64,000 nucleotides of DNA from a phage: sequence record PX441839.1; one strand, 5' to 3'. The notes beneath the pieces are model-generated. The model saw nothing but the letters and a program-made list of their open reading frames with translations. It had not been told where the DNA came from and searched no databases. A program made the position numbers and the translations under genes. Below are positions 10,688-20,122 of the stretch, one piece after another. Each line of letters begins with the position of its first letter. Position 1 is the first letter of the stretch.

Positions 10688-13186
10688 ATGATACCTTTCC
10701 CATTATTAGGTGGAAAATCACCAACTCCACCACCGCCACTTCCAAAGGGCGTTTCTGGGTACTCAGGAACTACCTACATAGGTGAAGATGGTGAAACTTG
10801 GTCTTGGAACAGGCAACTGGAGAGATGGATTAAAAAAGATCCGTTTCCAGTTGACGAAGGGCATCCTGAACACTTCATGGTGGGGCCTGCAAAGATAGGC
10901 ACAGATGGTTCTTTCCGATACTTCAATACTGTAACCAACGCTTGGGAAGATGTTCCTAACGGGAGCACCTTGGGGATGGTCCCTCTGACCCTGACAGATG
11001 AAGGCGTAAACATAGGGACATCGGTATTTGTAGAGTATCCCATTTATCAATCCGCTGGGTATGCCGTAGGTCTTGGAGGGTTCGCAAGACTGCTTGGGAC
11101 GGAGGTACTGGGAAGACCAGATCTTATGGACCTGTACCTTATAGGAAGAAGAGGGGATTTCTTTTCACCTTCTCCTGCAAACCCTGACTCCACCAACGCA
11201 ATTCTCGTAATTCGAAATGTTAAAAGGGATAGGGTGTGGAATACTTACCTGAACATGGTTGTGGAAACAAGTGATGGGGAGATGTGGGCTTGGGGAATGA
11301 ACTTCTATAATCAGTACGGCCCTTGGATAAGAAGCGGAGTAACAAGTTCCAGTCAACCACACATGAAGATAAACCCATTCTCTAAAATATCTGATTTTCC
11401 AGTACCACCTGAGAAAATAAAAGATATCTTCCCCGGTGTAACAATGGTCATAGTTGCAGACACTGACGGGAAATTCTGGTCCAAAGGGATTAACATTGGT
11501 CAGTTTAACGATATTGATGACCAAATTAGGACAGCCTGGGTAGAGATACCCGCAGATAGGTTCCCAGGGTTTAAAAAGTTTTATCGGAGTCTTAACGGAA
11601 CAGGTGCCGCCAATGATCTTGCTTACACCAACTGCGTTTGGTATTTGACAGATACAGGGATAAGACATTTTGGAAATGTGTATGGAGTGATGGACGGTTC
11701 CCCACTTGTATCTGCAACAACTAGGGATCTCCCTGACAGTAAAGTTCACTCAGCCCCTGTAGGATTGCCTGAAAGGAATGATGAGCCTAAAATAGTGAGT
11801 TTTTCACTGGCCAGATCTTCTGACTATATCCTTATTGCTGTTTGGTATGATGACCCCGAAGAGATGTATGTTGCCTATCCTACTTCTGGACTTATTTGGG
11901 ACCACGCAGATGGAGTAACGTATGGGAGGAGATTCAATAAATCCTCAGCCCCTGTAGGGAAGCATAGGAACCCCATACTGGACTTCAATAAAGAGGCCAC
12001 CCTTATAACGGGGTTTGATGGAAAATTCTATGCTTCTGGGACCCCAAGTGTAAATAACGGGCTATACTCAAGAACCAGCCCAACCACTTTTATCGACCAG
12101 AAGATGCCATCCTCTCTCGTTTATCAGGTTGAGCTATCCGACTCTGTAAACGGAAAAACTCAACTGTTGAGAAATGATAGGCGTTCTTTAATGATAGCCG
12201 ACCTTTCGGGAGGAAGCAACTACTTTGGAAATGGAACTTTCTGGAAACCAACTGCAACGATTAAGTGGCCTGACTATCCAGACGCAATTCCAATAGTGTT
12301 CAAGAATGATGGTGTCACTATCTCGGGATCTGCTGAAAGGGTAGATACGTTTTGGGGGTGGAATGTTAGCAACTACAACACTGTCAGCAGTACAGCCGGA
12401 GACCAGTACGGTGCTCCCAGTGGGGATGCTGTGCATGTCTCAGGGGAAGGGCACCTTACAATCTGGAAAGATGATAGCAGTATCCTTGTTGGTGGTTACA
12501 ACATAGGTGGAGTGTTTGGTGCTTTTAACCAGTGGAAGCAACCACAAGGTGCTGGAAGGTGGGTAGGCACAGTAAGAGAGTCTTTTACTGGCACATCGAC
12601 AGTAAGCTGCGGAACCACTATTGCTTGGGATGGAAAAGATCATTACATATTTGGCAAAAACTACTGGGATGTTGCAAACGGACAACCAGTAATAAAGTTC
12701 AGTTCCTCTGCACCTGTAAAATGGAACAGTAAACAGGGATACCCGAACCTCCCTAATTTTATAAAATGGATTCCTGCAATTATGGGATATTCTGATGACG
12801 AGGGTTCTTTGCAACAACCCTTCTTTATGTATCGGGGTACTGACGGTCTGTTTTATGCTGCGGGTAGCAATACAACAGGTGCCTTGGCGACAGGGACCCC
12901 ACCTGAGACAAGGGATGAGCAAAGATGGACTTTTGAGGTAATGAAGGGATCTGAGGTGTTTGTTGGTAAAAATGTTAAGGTTTACCACGGACACGGAAAT
13001 ACCTCTTGTTTGTTGTTCGCTTGCGAGGGAAAGGTGTACGGTGTTGGATTACCTAACAGTATGAAATGGAATGACACCGGAACCATCCCTGACCCGTTCT
13101 TCCCTGGTTTCAACAGAAGGCTTAATGAAATCACCTACCTGATGGATTTGCCGGATGTTATCTATACCCGACCAATAGAAGAATAA
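10688..13186 (+). CDS. Putative distal fibre / receptor-binding protein
   Basis: 832 aa ORF last in the fibre module, proline-rich N-terminus, W/G/N-rich body; assignment by context only. Confidence 0.35.
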   Translation: MIPFPLLGGKSPTPPPPLPKGVSGYSGTTYIGEDGETWSWNRQLERWIKKDPFPVDEGHPEHFMVGPAKIGTDGSFRYFNTVTNAWEDVPNGSTLGMVPLTLTDEGVNIGTSVFVEYPIYQSAGYAVGLGGFARLLGTEVLGRPDLMDLYLIGRRGDFFSPSPANPDSTNAILVIRNVKRDRVWNTYLNMVVETSDGEMWAWGMNFYNQYGPWIRSGVTSSSQPHMKINPFSKISDFPVPPEKIKDIFPGVTMVIVADTDGKFWSKGINIGQFNDIDDQIRTAWVEIPADRFPGFKKFYRSLNGTGAANDLAYTNCVWYLTDTGIRHFGNVYGVMDGSPLVSATTRDLPDSKVHSAPVGLPERNDEPKIVSFSLARSSDYILIAVWYDDPEEMYVAYPTSGLIWDHADGVTYGRRFNKSSAPVGKHRNPILDFNKEATLITGFDGKFYASGTPSVNNGLYSRTSPTTFIDQKMPSSLVYQVELSDSVNGKTQLLRNDRRSLMIADLSGGSNYFGNGTFWKPTATIKWPDYPDAIPIVFKNDGVTISGSAERVDTFWGWNVSNYNTVSSTAGDQYGAPSGDAVHVSGEGHLTIWKDDSSILVGGYNIGGVFGAFNQWKQPQGAGRWVGTVRESFTGTSTVSCGTTIAWDGKDHYIFGKNYWDVANGQPVIKFSSSAPVKWNSKQGYPNLPNFIKWIPAIMGYSDDEGSLQQPFFMYRGTDGLFYAAGSNTTGALATGTPPETRDEQRWTFEVMKGSEVFVGKNVKVYHGHGNTSCLLFACEGKVYGVGLPNSMKWNDTGTIPDPFFPGFNRRLNEITYLMDLPDVIYTRPIEE

Positions 13187-13194
13187 CAACCAAT

Positions 13195-13226
13195 AAAAAG
13201 GCTCCCGAATGGGAGCCTTTTCTTTT
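13195..13226. terminator. Bidirectional terminator between convergent transcription units
   Basis: GGCTCCC-GAAT-GGGAGCC hairpin flanked by an A-run and a T-run; lies between the last plus-strand fibre gene and the last minus-strand gene. Confidence 0.6.
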
Positions 13227-13231
13227 ATGTA

Positions 13232-14431
13232 TTACAGGACATAAATCACGTGGTTAGGATATTGAAGCCCTACCGGAGCGAAGGGGATGTCATCATCGAA
13301 ATCCATAACATCTGGGGTGTAGTCCAGATGACCATCATCGCTTACCGGAACTTGAGGATTAGTATCCTGAGGTTTTTGTTCCAGTTGAGGTTCAGGGGCT
13401 TTTTCTGGAGACGCGTCTTTCCGAACAAGGTCTTCTGTCGCATTGATGAATCGGAAGGTTGTTTCCACATTCTCAATAAACTGATCAATACCTTCTTGAC
13501 TGTGTCGAGCAGCCAAGATACCGGATTGGCCCAGACGAGCACCAAACGCATAATCATCCATACCTTTGAACTCTTCCCGCAGCTTGGCCTTGATGGTATC
13601 CATAGCTTTCAGAACCTGCACCACAATAATTTGCTGATCGACGATAGCTGCATTTGGGAACATTGCATCTGTGATAGTCAGTGCGTTGCCTAAACGAATC
13701 GGCAAGTCATCCTTTCCACCTTTACGGGAACCACCTGCACCACCTGCACCTTTTGGACCATAAGCCTTGAAAGCACTGATTGAACCATCAGCCGCCCGCT
13801 GACCAGCCAAACGACCACCCTCTTGGATCTGGGAGAGTTGCTCGTCTGACAGCTTAACGGTAACATCGCCATTATCTGTCTTCACTACAACGTCTGAGCC
13901 GCTCACAGAGACGATTTCTCCGTAAACCTTAGTGGTTGCACCACCTGCACCTTGAGAGCCTCCCTGAGGTGTCTGAGAGCCTTGCGGAGCTACATCTCGA
14001 GCACCAGATGCATCGGTAATTTTAATTTTGTTCTTTTTACCCTCGGTGGAGGTTCGTTCATTACCCTCTCGGTCTTTGTAATATTTAACCTGCACTGGTA
14101 GACGAATCTTCATGCCTGGTTTAAGGCTTACATATTTGTCACCTTCTTTGATCTGGAACTGATCTTCGTATTTCAAGTTCTTAACTTCACCTTCTCCAAA
14201 AGAGATCCAAGCTGAATCTTCACCTTCTTTCAACAGGATAGAATAGCGATGGGTAGACTTGATAGTCTTACCTGCATTTGGACCCTTGTTGATGTGGGTG
14301 ATTTTAGGACTACCGTCCTCATTGATACGTTTGATATTGATACGTTCAATTGTTCCAGCGGCGACGTGTACAGTCACATCATTAACAGCATCATAAACAG
14401 AGTTAACAACTTGAATTTTAACTTCGGACAT
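13232..14431 (-). CDS. SSB-like protein carrying an internal copy of the bacterial SSB C-terminal tail
   Basis: 399 aa; G-rich low-complexity middle; near the C-terminus the peptide MDFDDDIPF matches the E. coli SSB tail but is followed by 15 further residues. Confidence 0.4.
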   Translation of the reverse strand: MSEVKIQVVNSVYDAVNDVTVHVAAGTIERINIKRINEDGSPKITHINKGPNAGKTIKSTHRYSILLKEGEDSAWISFGEGEVKNLKYEDQFQIKEGDKYVSLKPGMKIRLPVQVKYYKDREGNERTSTEGKKNKIKITDASGARDVAPQGSQTPQGGSQGAGGATTKVYGEIVSVSGSDVVVKTDNGDVTVKLSDEQLSQIQEGGRLAGQRAADGSISAFKAYGPKGAGGAGGSRKGGKDDLPIRLGNALTITDAMFPNAAIVDQQIIVVQVLKAMDTIKAKLREEFKGMDDYAFGARLGQSGILAARHSQEGIDQFIENVETTFRFINATEDLVRKDASPEKAPEPQLEQKPQDTNPQVPVSDDGHLDYTPDVMDFDDDIPFAPVGLQYPNHVIYVL

Positions 14432-14504
14432 TTATTTCTCCTTCGGAATTAAGCCTCGTTTGAGGCCGGAACAACATATTATCACAAATACTTAGATTTG
14501 CAAC

Positions 14505-14897
14505 TTACAAGTAGACACGTTGGACTTCTTTGTCTGCCTTTTCGAACATCATGTTTGCCATGTTAATATCCTTGATCACCACCTCTGTAATCTCGTCCGG
14601 ACGAAAAGCCTTAAGTGACCGTTTAAAGATGATAGTCGGATCTTCACATGGATCACCTGATGTGTCAAACAATTTCACCAGCATCTTAACAGGAACTTGA
14701 CAAGACACCTTTCCCCCATAGTTGATTGCATACGCTGCGCCGACCTCTGCCTGACGGTCTCCCAGTTCATACACCAAATTCAGGTTTACATATTTACAAC
14801 CTTGACCTGCCGTTATGTTCTTTGTTGCAGAGATGCAGTTCCAACCTGGTTCAATAAAGGTGTTGTCAAAAATGCTCATGGTGAAATCTCCTTTCAT
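14505..14897 (-). CDS. Hypothetical protein
   Basis: 130 aa ORF in a same-strand gene series. Confidence 0.4.
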   Translation of the reverse strand: MKGDFTMSIFDNTFIEPGWNCISATKNITAGQGCKYVNLNLVYELGDRQAEVGAAYAINYGGKVSCQVPVKMLVKLFDTSGDPCEDPTIIFKRSLKAFRPDEITEVVIKDINMANMMFEKADKEVQRVYL

Positions 14898-14944
14898 TAA
14901 GTTATGGGTCTATTATATAAGACCCACCTCAATTAAGTCAACAC

Positions 14945-15301
14945 TTAAATACTTTTCTCAAAGCCTTCCGCTTGGAAGTAGGCTGTTTTCTCAGAGGTCT
15001 CAATTGAGAAACTTACCTGGGACAGTTCAGCAGCCAAGTGAGCAGCAATCTGTTTTGCCATGTGGACAATCATACCTTCTTCTTTTGGGAAGCGAGGGTA
15101 CTGGATAAGTCGCACAGTAAACCCCTTTTCCATCCCTCCCGTATAGATATAGTCAGTTTTAGTAAGCTGAATACATCCTCGCTCCGCATGGGTAAGGTAC
15201 TTCCTAAGAATATGACGAGCAAAGTCAATATCCCCTGCCATGTGGATCGTCACATAGAATGTTTTCTCGGTTGCCTTTTGAACGAAATTTACATTAGCCA
15301 C
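14945..15301 (-). CDS. Hypothetical protein
   Basis: 118 aa ORF, tight spacing. Confidence 0.4.
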   Translation of the reverse strand: MANVNFVQKATEKTFYVTIHMAGDIDFARHILRKYLTHAERGCIQLTKTDYIYTGGMEKGFTVRLIQYPRFPKEEGMIVHMAKQIAAHLAAELSQVSFSIETSEKTAYFQAEGFEKSI

Positions 15302-15685
15302 TTATTTTCTCCCCTTCTTACGGTGATAAACTCCACGTTTGGACAGAGGAATTTCCTCTGCATCTCTTCCATCAACACCATCTTCACCAGGTTCACCTTG
15401 AGGACCCATTGGACCTGCTGGTCCCATTGGCCCCATAGGTCCTACAGGTCCAGTGACAACACGAATGTCTTTAGGTTTGTACAGAGAATAACCCAAGCAT
15501 CCAAACCAACCGATAAGTGTAATTACGCTCGGAGGCAAAAGGAAGAAGATAACAGTAAAGACAGAGATCATCCACTTATTCCTGTGATCCTTCTTCCATG
15601 CGATAATTATTGGGGAAAAACTAATTGCCAATAAAATTAACAGAAAAACAAGACCGAGAGTGATGGCAGCTTCTGCAATTATCAT
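15302..15685 (-). CDS. Membrane protein with collagen-like G-X-Y repeat
   Basis: N-terminal hydrophobic segments, then GPVGPMGPMGPAGPMGPQGEPGEDG. Confidence 0.45.
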   Translation of the reverse strand: MIIAEAAITLGLVFLLILLAISFSPIIIAWKKDHRNKWMISVFTVIFFLLPPSVITLIGWFGCLGYSLYKPKDIRVVTGPVGPMGPMGPAGPMGPQGEPGEDGVDGRDAEEIPLSKRGVYHRKKGRK

Positions 15686-15999
15686 TAACGAAGACCCTCT
15701 TTGATTTTAAGTTCAATCAACCCTGCATCCAGGGTATACATGTATCCAGTGTTATCCCGAAAGTAACAAAGGACTCCCTTGGGTTCGGATTTTCTTACTA
15801 TGACCCGACCCCTTTGATAACCAGGTTGTGTTTCACAAACCTTGTACAGTTCCTGAATACGGGAAGGCAGAATAGTATGAGAATTCTTGTACTTATCCTC
15901 ACCTTCTTCCAGACACCCTGTCAAAAGTACAGAGCACAGTAGTGCAATAATTAACTTTTTCATGCGCAGAATGCCGCCACAATTAGTGAAAAGGGCCAC
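15685..15999 (-). CDS. Putative lipoprotein
   Basis: Signal peptide MKKLIIALLCSVLLTGC with lipobox LTGC. Confidence 0.5.
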   Translation of the reverse strand: MALFTNCGGILRMKKLIIALLCSVLLTGCLEEGEDKYKNSHTILPSRIQELYKVCETQPGYQRGRVIVRKSEPKGVLCYFRDNTGYMYTLDAGLIELKIKEGLR

Positions 16000-16138
16000 A
16001 CGATCCCGAAAATTACAGAGGGTCCTTTGTCAATTCTGCAAAATCGACGATAGAATAGTCGCCCTGCTCCAACACTGATCAGGATATAGAGTAAAGATAC
16101 AAGTAACTCAAGTGCATATAATGTTAAAAAATTCATAA

Positions 16139-16516
16139 TCAGATTCCTTTTCTTTCTCTGCGTTTACGGCGGATATCCTCTTCAACCTCTACCTCAGCCT
16201 TGTCGATAATCTCGTATACGGACGGAACTGATTCAGATGGGGAAAACATCTTGTGCAGGTTCCTGACCATCATTACCAACTTCCCCCTTACCTTGAAATC
16301 ATATCTCCAAGATCTAAAGTGGAAGCAATCATGACGCCATTGGAACATATAGCATATCTCTTTTGCACGGTTACGAGTAACACCCAGTAAGTTTGCAAAC
16401 TCTCCATGAGGATCTCCATTTGGATCTCCAAGAATATATGCTGTTGCCCAATGCTTCTTCGCCAAGTTGTACTCTTCAACCGTCATGTTTACTTTCGTGT
16501 TCATATTGCCCTCCAA
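16139..16516 (-). CDS. Hypothetical protein
   Basis: 125 aa ORF. Confidence 0.4.
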   Translation of the reverse strand: MEGNMNTKVNMTVEEYNLAKKHWATAYILGDPNGDPHGEFANLLGVTRNRAKEICYMFQWRHDCFHFRSWRYDFKVRGKLVMMVRNLHKMFSPSESVPSVYEIIDKAEVEVEEDIRRKRRERKGI

Positions 16517-16568
16517 GATACTCTACTCCAAGATTATGGGGAGTATAACGCCCCTTGTCAACAATTAC

Positions 16569-17165
16569 TTAATCACAACTGCAAGATGACCCTGAGTCAC
16601 AGGAAGAATAGCTGTCTGAACCACCGTAGCTGGACGAAGAACTATACGATGAAGTGTAGTTGCAATTGTCATCACTGCGGTAAGAACTTGAACCAGACGT
16701 CACGATTGCAGTGGAAATACCTGCAACGGTGGCGATATTCAAAATATCATCACTATCCTGGTGAACTGGACGAGATGGACTTGAAACCGACATTGGACGA
16801 CCATTTGATCGTGACCGCTTAATGAACTCTTTCTTCGCCTTAGGTGGTAATTTACGACCTTTGGCGTAAGCTGGGAGTTCAACTTCTTTCAGTTTATCAT
16901 TCAGAGTCTTACCCTGTTTAATTACAACTTTGGAATCATCCTGTACGATCTCCGCGACCTTGACAGTGTTCTCTTTGGTATTGACTGCTGTGACCACCTC
17001 TTTGTCACCCAGAGGCTTGTCGATAGGTTTGGTTCCCACTTCAACCATTCGAACATTAACATTGGTAGGTTGTTTACTGATGTATTCATCAACCTTCACT
17101 TCGTCAATTTCAACCTTGGAGGAAGAGAACAGACCTTTAAACCAAGATACCAGCTTCTTAAACAT
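16569..17165 (-). CDS. Hypothetical protein with Ser/Cys-rich C-terminus
   Basis: 198 aa; C-terminal SSYSSSSSYGGSDSYSSCDSGSSCSCD. Confidence 0.4.
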   Translation of the reverse strand: MFKKLVSWFKGLFSSSKVEIDEVKVDEYISKQPTNVNVRMVEVGTKPIDKPLGDKEVVTAVNTKENTVKVAEIVQDDSKVVIKQGKTLNDKLKEVELPAYAKGRKLPPKAKKEFIKRSRSNGRPMSVSSPSRPVHQDSDDILNIATVAGISTAIVTSGSSSYRSDDNCNYTSSYSSSSSYGGSDSYSSCDSGSSCSCD

Positions 17166-17175
17166 ATTGTTTCTC

Positions 17176-17397
17176 CTATTCGCTAATGACTACTAGTTGA
17201 GTAATTCCGATCAGACCTGCACTAAACAGATCGTCAATTGCAGCTTGCCCGTCAAGACCTTCTTCATAACATTCTTTGAGGGTATCATTGTCAAGCAGCC
17301 ATTTGTTTGCCACGTCCTCTGACGTGAAGACCAAATCTTGCTGACCAATATCCCATTCAGACCAAATAGAGTACATTATTTTGCACTCCCGTTCCAC
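17176..17397 (-). CDS. Hypothetical acidic protein
   Basis: 73 aa ORF. Confidence 0.35.
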   Translation of the reverse strand: MERECKIMYSIWSEWDIGQQDLVFTSEDVANKWLLDNDTLKECYEEGLDGQAAIDDLFSAGLIGITQLVVISE

Positions 17398-17570
17398 ACT
17401 GCGTCCACAACACCCTTGAGTCCAACACTATCTACAGCTTGGATAAGCTCAACAGCGCCCCAAATCATCACACCAATACCTACAACGGTCATCGCAAAAA
17501 CAATACCGATACCGATCTTGATTGCATTTTTTGTCCGGTTAAAGGATTTGTTGAAATCTGAACTAATCAT
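17376..17570 (-). CDS. Small membrane protein
   Basis: 64 aa, central hydrophobic stretch IGIGIVFAMTVVGIGVMIWGAV. Confidence 0.35.
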   Translation of the reverse strand: MISSDFNKSFNRTKNAIKIGIGIVFAMTVVGIGVMIWGAVELIQAVDSVGLKGVVDAVWNGSAK

Positions 17571-17900
17571 TTAATATCTCCCATTATCAAATTCATTTCT
17601 TGCCCATTGGACTGCCTTTATGAGCACATCTCCGTGACAAGGTTGCGGTGAGCAGAAGCAGACTAGGTCTTTGCCCTCCAACTCAAGAAGATCACCAATT
17701 GTTATTCTACCTTCTTTTATCTGAGTCCACAACCACTTTCTGTATCTTTCGATTGTGGCCCCTCTCGGCTCATCATTTGACAATTTGAAAGGGTTGGCAA
17801 ATCTCGATTGGAGTAGCCCGAAGTGGGGCATTCTCCTCCCGATATAAACTGCATTCTCTGGTATGACCTTCCCTAAGTGGTAGAAGTTCAATACCTTCAT
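17571..17900 (-). CDS. DUF4326-like protein
   Basis: C-terminal LVCFCSPQPCHGDVL motif as I recall for DUF4326; start moved to the internal ATG (MKVLNF) because the longer ORF overlaps the upstream gene. Confidence 0.35.
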   Translation of the reverse strand: MKVLNFYHLGKVIPENAVYIGRRMPHFGLLQSRFANPFKLSNDEPRGATIERYRKWLWTQIKEGRITIGDLLELEGKDLVCFCSPQPCHGDVLIKAVQWARNEFDNGRY

Positions 17901-17901
17901 A

Positions 17902-18180
17902 TTACTTACCTTCACGGTCCTTGTCAATAATTTTCTGTGCCAGATCGGATAGCTTGTTGCCAATGAATGGCATCTTGTCCAGCAATTTTGTGGATTTTCT
18001 CTCCAGATCATAAAATAGGTCAGTGGCCTTGTCGAAGATCCATCCTCCAAACTTACCGATATAAACAAAGACAAGGGCCAGTGTCCTATGGGGATTAATA
18101 ACCAGCAAGGCAAAGAGTAAACCTGCCATCTTACTGTGGAATTTGACCTCTTTCCAAAAATGTTTTAACTTAGTCACCAT
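17902..18180 (-). CDS. Small membrane protein
   Basis: Hydrophobic segment LLFALLVINP...LALVFVYIG; start uncertain. Confidence 0.3.
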   Translation of the reverse strand: MVTKLKHFWKEVKFHSKMAGLLFALLVINPHRTLALVFVYIGKFGGWIFDKATDLFYDLERKSTKLLDKMPFIGNKLSDLAQKIIDKDREGK

Positions 18181-18571
18181 ATAGTTGAGTCTCCGGAATA
18201 ATATCTTCAATAGAGTCGTCCCAAACAACACAGCCATAATGTCGGTACGGGTTCTCTCCGTAAGTGTTTGGCGACACCCAAACTTTGTTTATGTCTGCTG
18301 TAACAAGGTTTCCCTTATCTACGTGCATGTAGAAGTGACGGTAAACGGGGATTGGGGTGATTTCCCCTTTCCCGCTATCACAGCACCAAACTTGATGCTC
18401 TTTCAGTTCAACGGGATCTTCATCTTCGTCAATGGACAGTTGTAGGTCAGGGTAGAATCGTAAAATTCGCATTTCTGCATCTTCTACGGACAACCCATCC
18501 AATGAGTTCAGAAACTCCTCGAAATCATCCATTGCTTTTTCATTAATGGATGGACACTGTTCACTCATCAT
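18170..18571 (-). CDS. Hypothetical protein
   Basis: ORF with internal ATG start chosen to limit overlap. Confidence 0.35.
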   Translation of the reverse strand: MMSEQCPSINEKAMDDFEEFLNSLDGLSVEDAEMRILRFYPDLQLSIDEDEDPVELKEHQVWCCDSGKGEITPIPVYRHFYMHVDKGNLVTADINKVWVSPNTYGENPYRHYGCVVWDDSIEDIIPETQLYGD

Positions 18572-19001
18572 CTTCTTCCTTGCTCCCCTCGACCTTCGTG
18601 AATGAATACTCTGTACGTACAACCTCTTTGGAGGTCATGTTTACATAGTAGGCGTACTCCATCCAGTCAATCTCTTCTGGATTGCCGTGTTTTCCGCCGC
18701 CGTACCAATATGTCCAAGATACCCAACCGAACGGTGTTTCACGGGCAACTTGATCACTTTCATAATGGCGACTCATTTCTGGGAGAAGATTGGTTACAAT
18801 TCCTGAGCTTCGGAAATCGTATTGAACTTCCCACAGGCTATCTCCATCCACACCCTCAAACTCATTATCTTCAACCTTATCCCAGAGTTCGGCAATAGCT
18901 TCTTGGTTCATATTACGGATATCTTCCCGTGATACAATACCCTCTAAAACCTCTGCAAGAATTTCTGCACGGATTGCGTATTCAGCGGTAACTTTACTCA
19001 T
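18561..19001 (-). CDS. Hypothetical acidic protein
   Basis: 146 aa ORF. Confidence 0.4.
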   Translation of the reverse strand: MSKVTAEYAIRAEILAEVLEGIVSREDIRNMNQEAIAELWDKVEDNEFEGVDGDSLWEVQYDFRSSGIVTNLLPEMSRHYESDQVARETPFGWVSWTYWYGGGKHGNPEEIDWMEYAYYVNMTSKEVVRTEYSFTKVEGSKEEDDE

Positions 19002-19014
19002 TTTATCTCCTCAA

Positions 19015-19236
19015 TTAAAAGTCAAACTGCTTTGTCAACTTCGCCATAGATTTCTTGTATGAGGGGTGCAGTCGATAATTACACCCCTTCTCCACACACC
19101 AGTCGCTCGCCTTGTTTCTAAGAGCAATTAAGCCGCACCAAGCGCAAACTTGCTTACCTGCATTTTTGTCCAGATAGAAGTGGTGACGCTCGTAATGGTA
19201 TTCTTCCTTCTGGCTCTTGTCAATCTTTTTTACCAT
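19015..19236 (-). CDS. Small Cys-containing protein (possible zinc binding)
   Basis: 73 aa with CAWCG and CVEKGC. Confidence 0.35.
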   Translation of the reverse strand: MVKKIDKSQKEEYHYERHHFYLDKNAGKQVCAWCGLIALRNKASDWCVEKGCNYRLHPSYKKSMAKLTKQFDF

Positions 19237-19919
19237 CCGAATTTCTCCGTTGGAAGGTAAACCTGTTGTTGGTTACGAAGAACCAAGCGTAGGTCTGTTT
19301 GAGGCTCAAGGTAGTCCGTCTCGGTCACACGAATAAGGTATCGCCAACCTGGAGCACGGGCTTGCTGTGCCGTGTGGATTTCCCACCAATCCCATTCAAC
19401 AACCTGACCATCAGGTGCGTTGTAAGCGTCAATAAACCCTTGCTGTTCCATCTCTGCGACTTGAGAACTTATACCCGCATAAAGGTTTGGAACATCAACG
19501 TTAAGGTTCAAGTTACGACTGTGGATAAACTTCGTAGGGCAATCCCCACCCACAACCAAAAGATGATACCTCGGCGAAGATGCTTGCTCCTGCATGTGGA
19601 TATTGGGTTCACCTTTTGCAGGGGACATCTTTCCACCACGAGGGACACCATCCGTATGCCAACCAGGGATGGCGGGAATCATACCCGGCATGAGCATATG
19701 GGTCTTTACGTCCACCACAATATGTTTTCGATCACCGTGCAGATTCATGGCTTGTAATGCTGCTCTTGTTAAGTCCCCTCCGAAACGAAAGGCGTCATCA
19801 AAAGATGCATTCCAAAGACCTTGTGTGTTCTTAATATCATCCTGTGAGGGTTTTTCAATTTTGTTTCCGAATTTTACTACACCACGGTTAAATTTCATCT
19901 TTTCCTCCAAATATCGCAC
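19230..19919 (-). CDS. Possible 2OG-Fe(II) dioxygenase-like protein
   Basis: HxD-type motif in GWHTDG with later His residues (EIHTAQ); weak motif-only call. Confidence 0.3.
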   Translation of the reverse strand: MRYLEEKMKFNRGVVKFGNKIEKPSQDDIKNTQGLWNASFDDAFRFGGDLTRAALQAMNLHGDRKHIVVDVKTHMLMPGMIPAIPGWHTDGVPRGGKMSPAKGEPNIHMQEQASSPRYHLLVVGGDCPTKFIHSRNLNLNVDVPNLYAGISSQVAEMEQQGFIDAYNAPDGQVVEWDWWEIHTAQQARAPGWRYLIRVTETDYLEPQTDLRLVLRNQQQVYLPTEKFGW

Positions 19920-20121
19920 AAGCTAGTGATTTATCTATGTGGCCCATTACATTGTGGCCTTCTTTCTTTAAGCATTTGCTGCATATTCTGTAGATATTAG
20001 ACTCTTTTGACGAAGGTGTCAAGTGGGCAGGTGTGTCATGCTCCCTTACAAAATGGACAACTTCGGTTATATGCCATTGGTGGCTACATACTTTTTTCTT
20101 TTGACGTTTAAAGGGCCACAT
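19888..20121 (-). CDS. Small Cys/His-rich protein
   Basis: CSHQWH and CSKC motifs; start ambiguous. Confidence 0.3.
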   Translation of the reverse strand: MWPFKRQKKKVCSHQWHITEVVHFVREHDTPAHLTPSSKESNIYRICSKCLKKEGHNVMGHIDKSLACAIFGGKDEI

Positions 20122-20122
20122 A

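Noticed and set aside
16406-16822. 138 aa plus-strand ORF (and similar plus-strand ORFs at 19299-19757, 21225-21914, 32018-32635, 34928-35548, 41357-41698)
   Set aside because: Antisense to well-supported minus-strand genes in a uniformly minus-strand operon.
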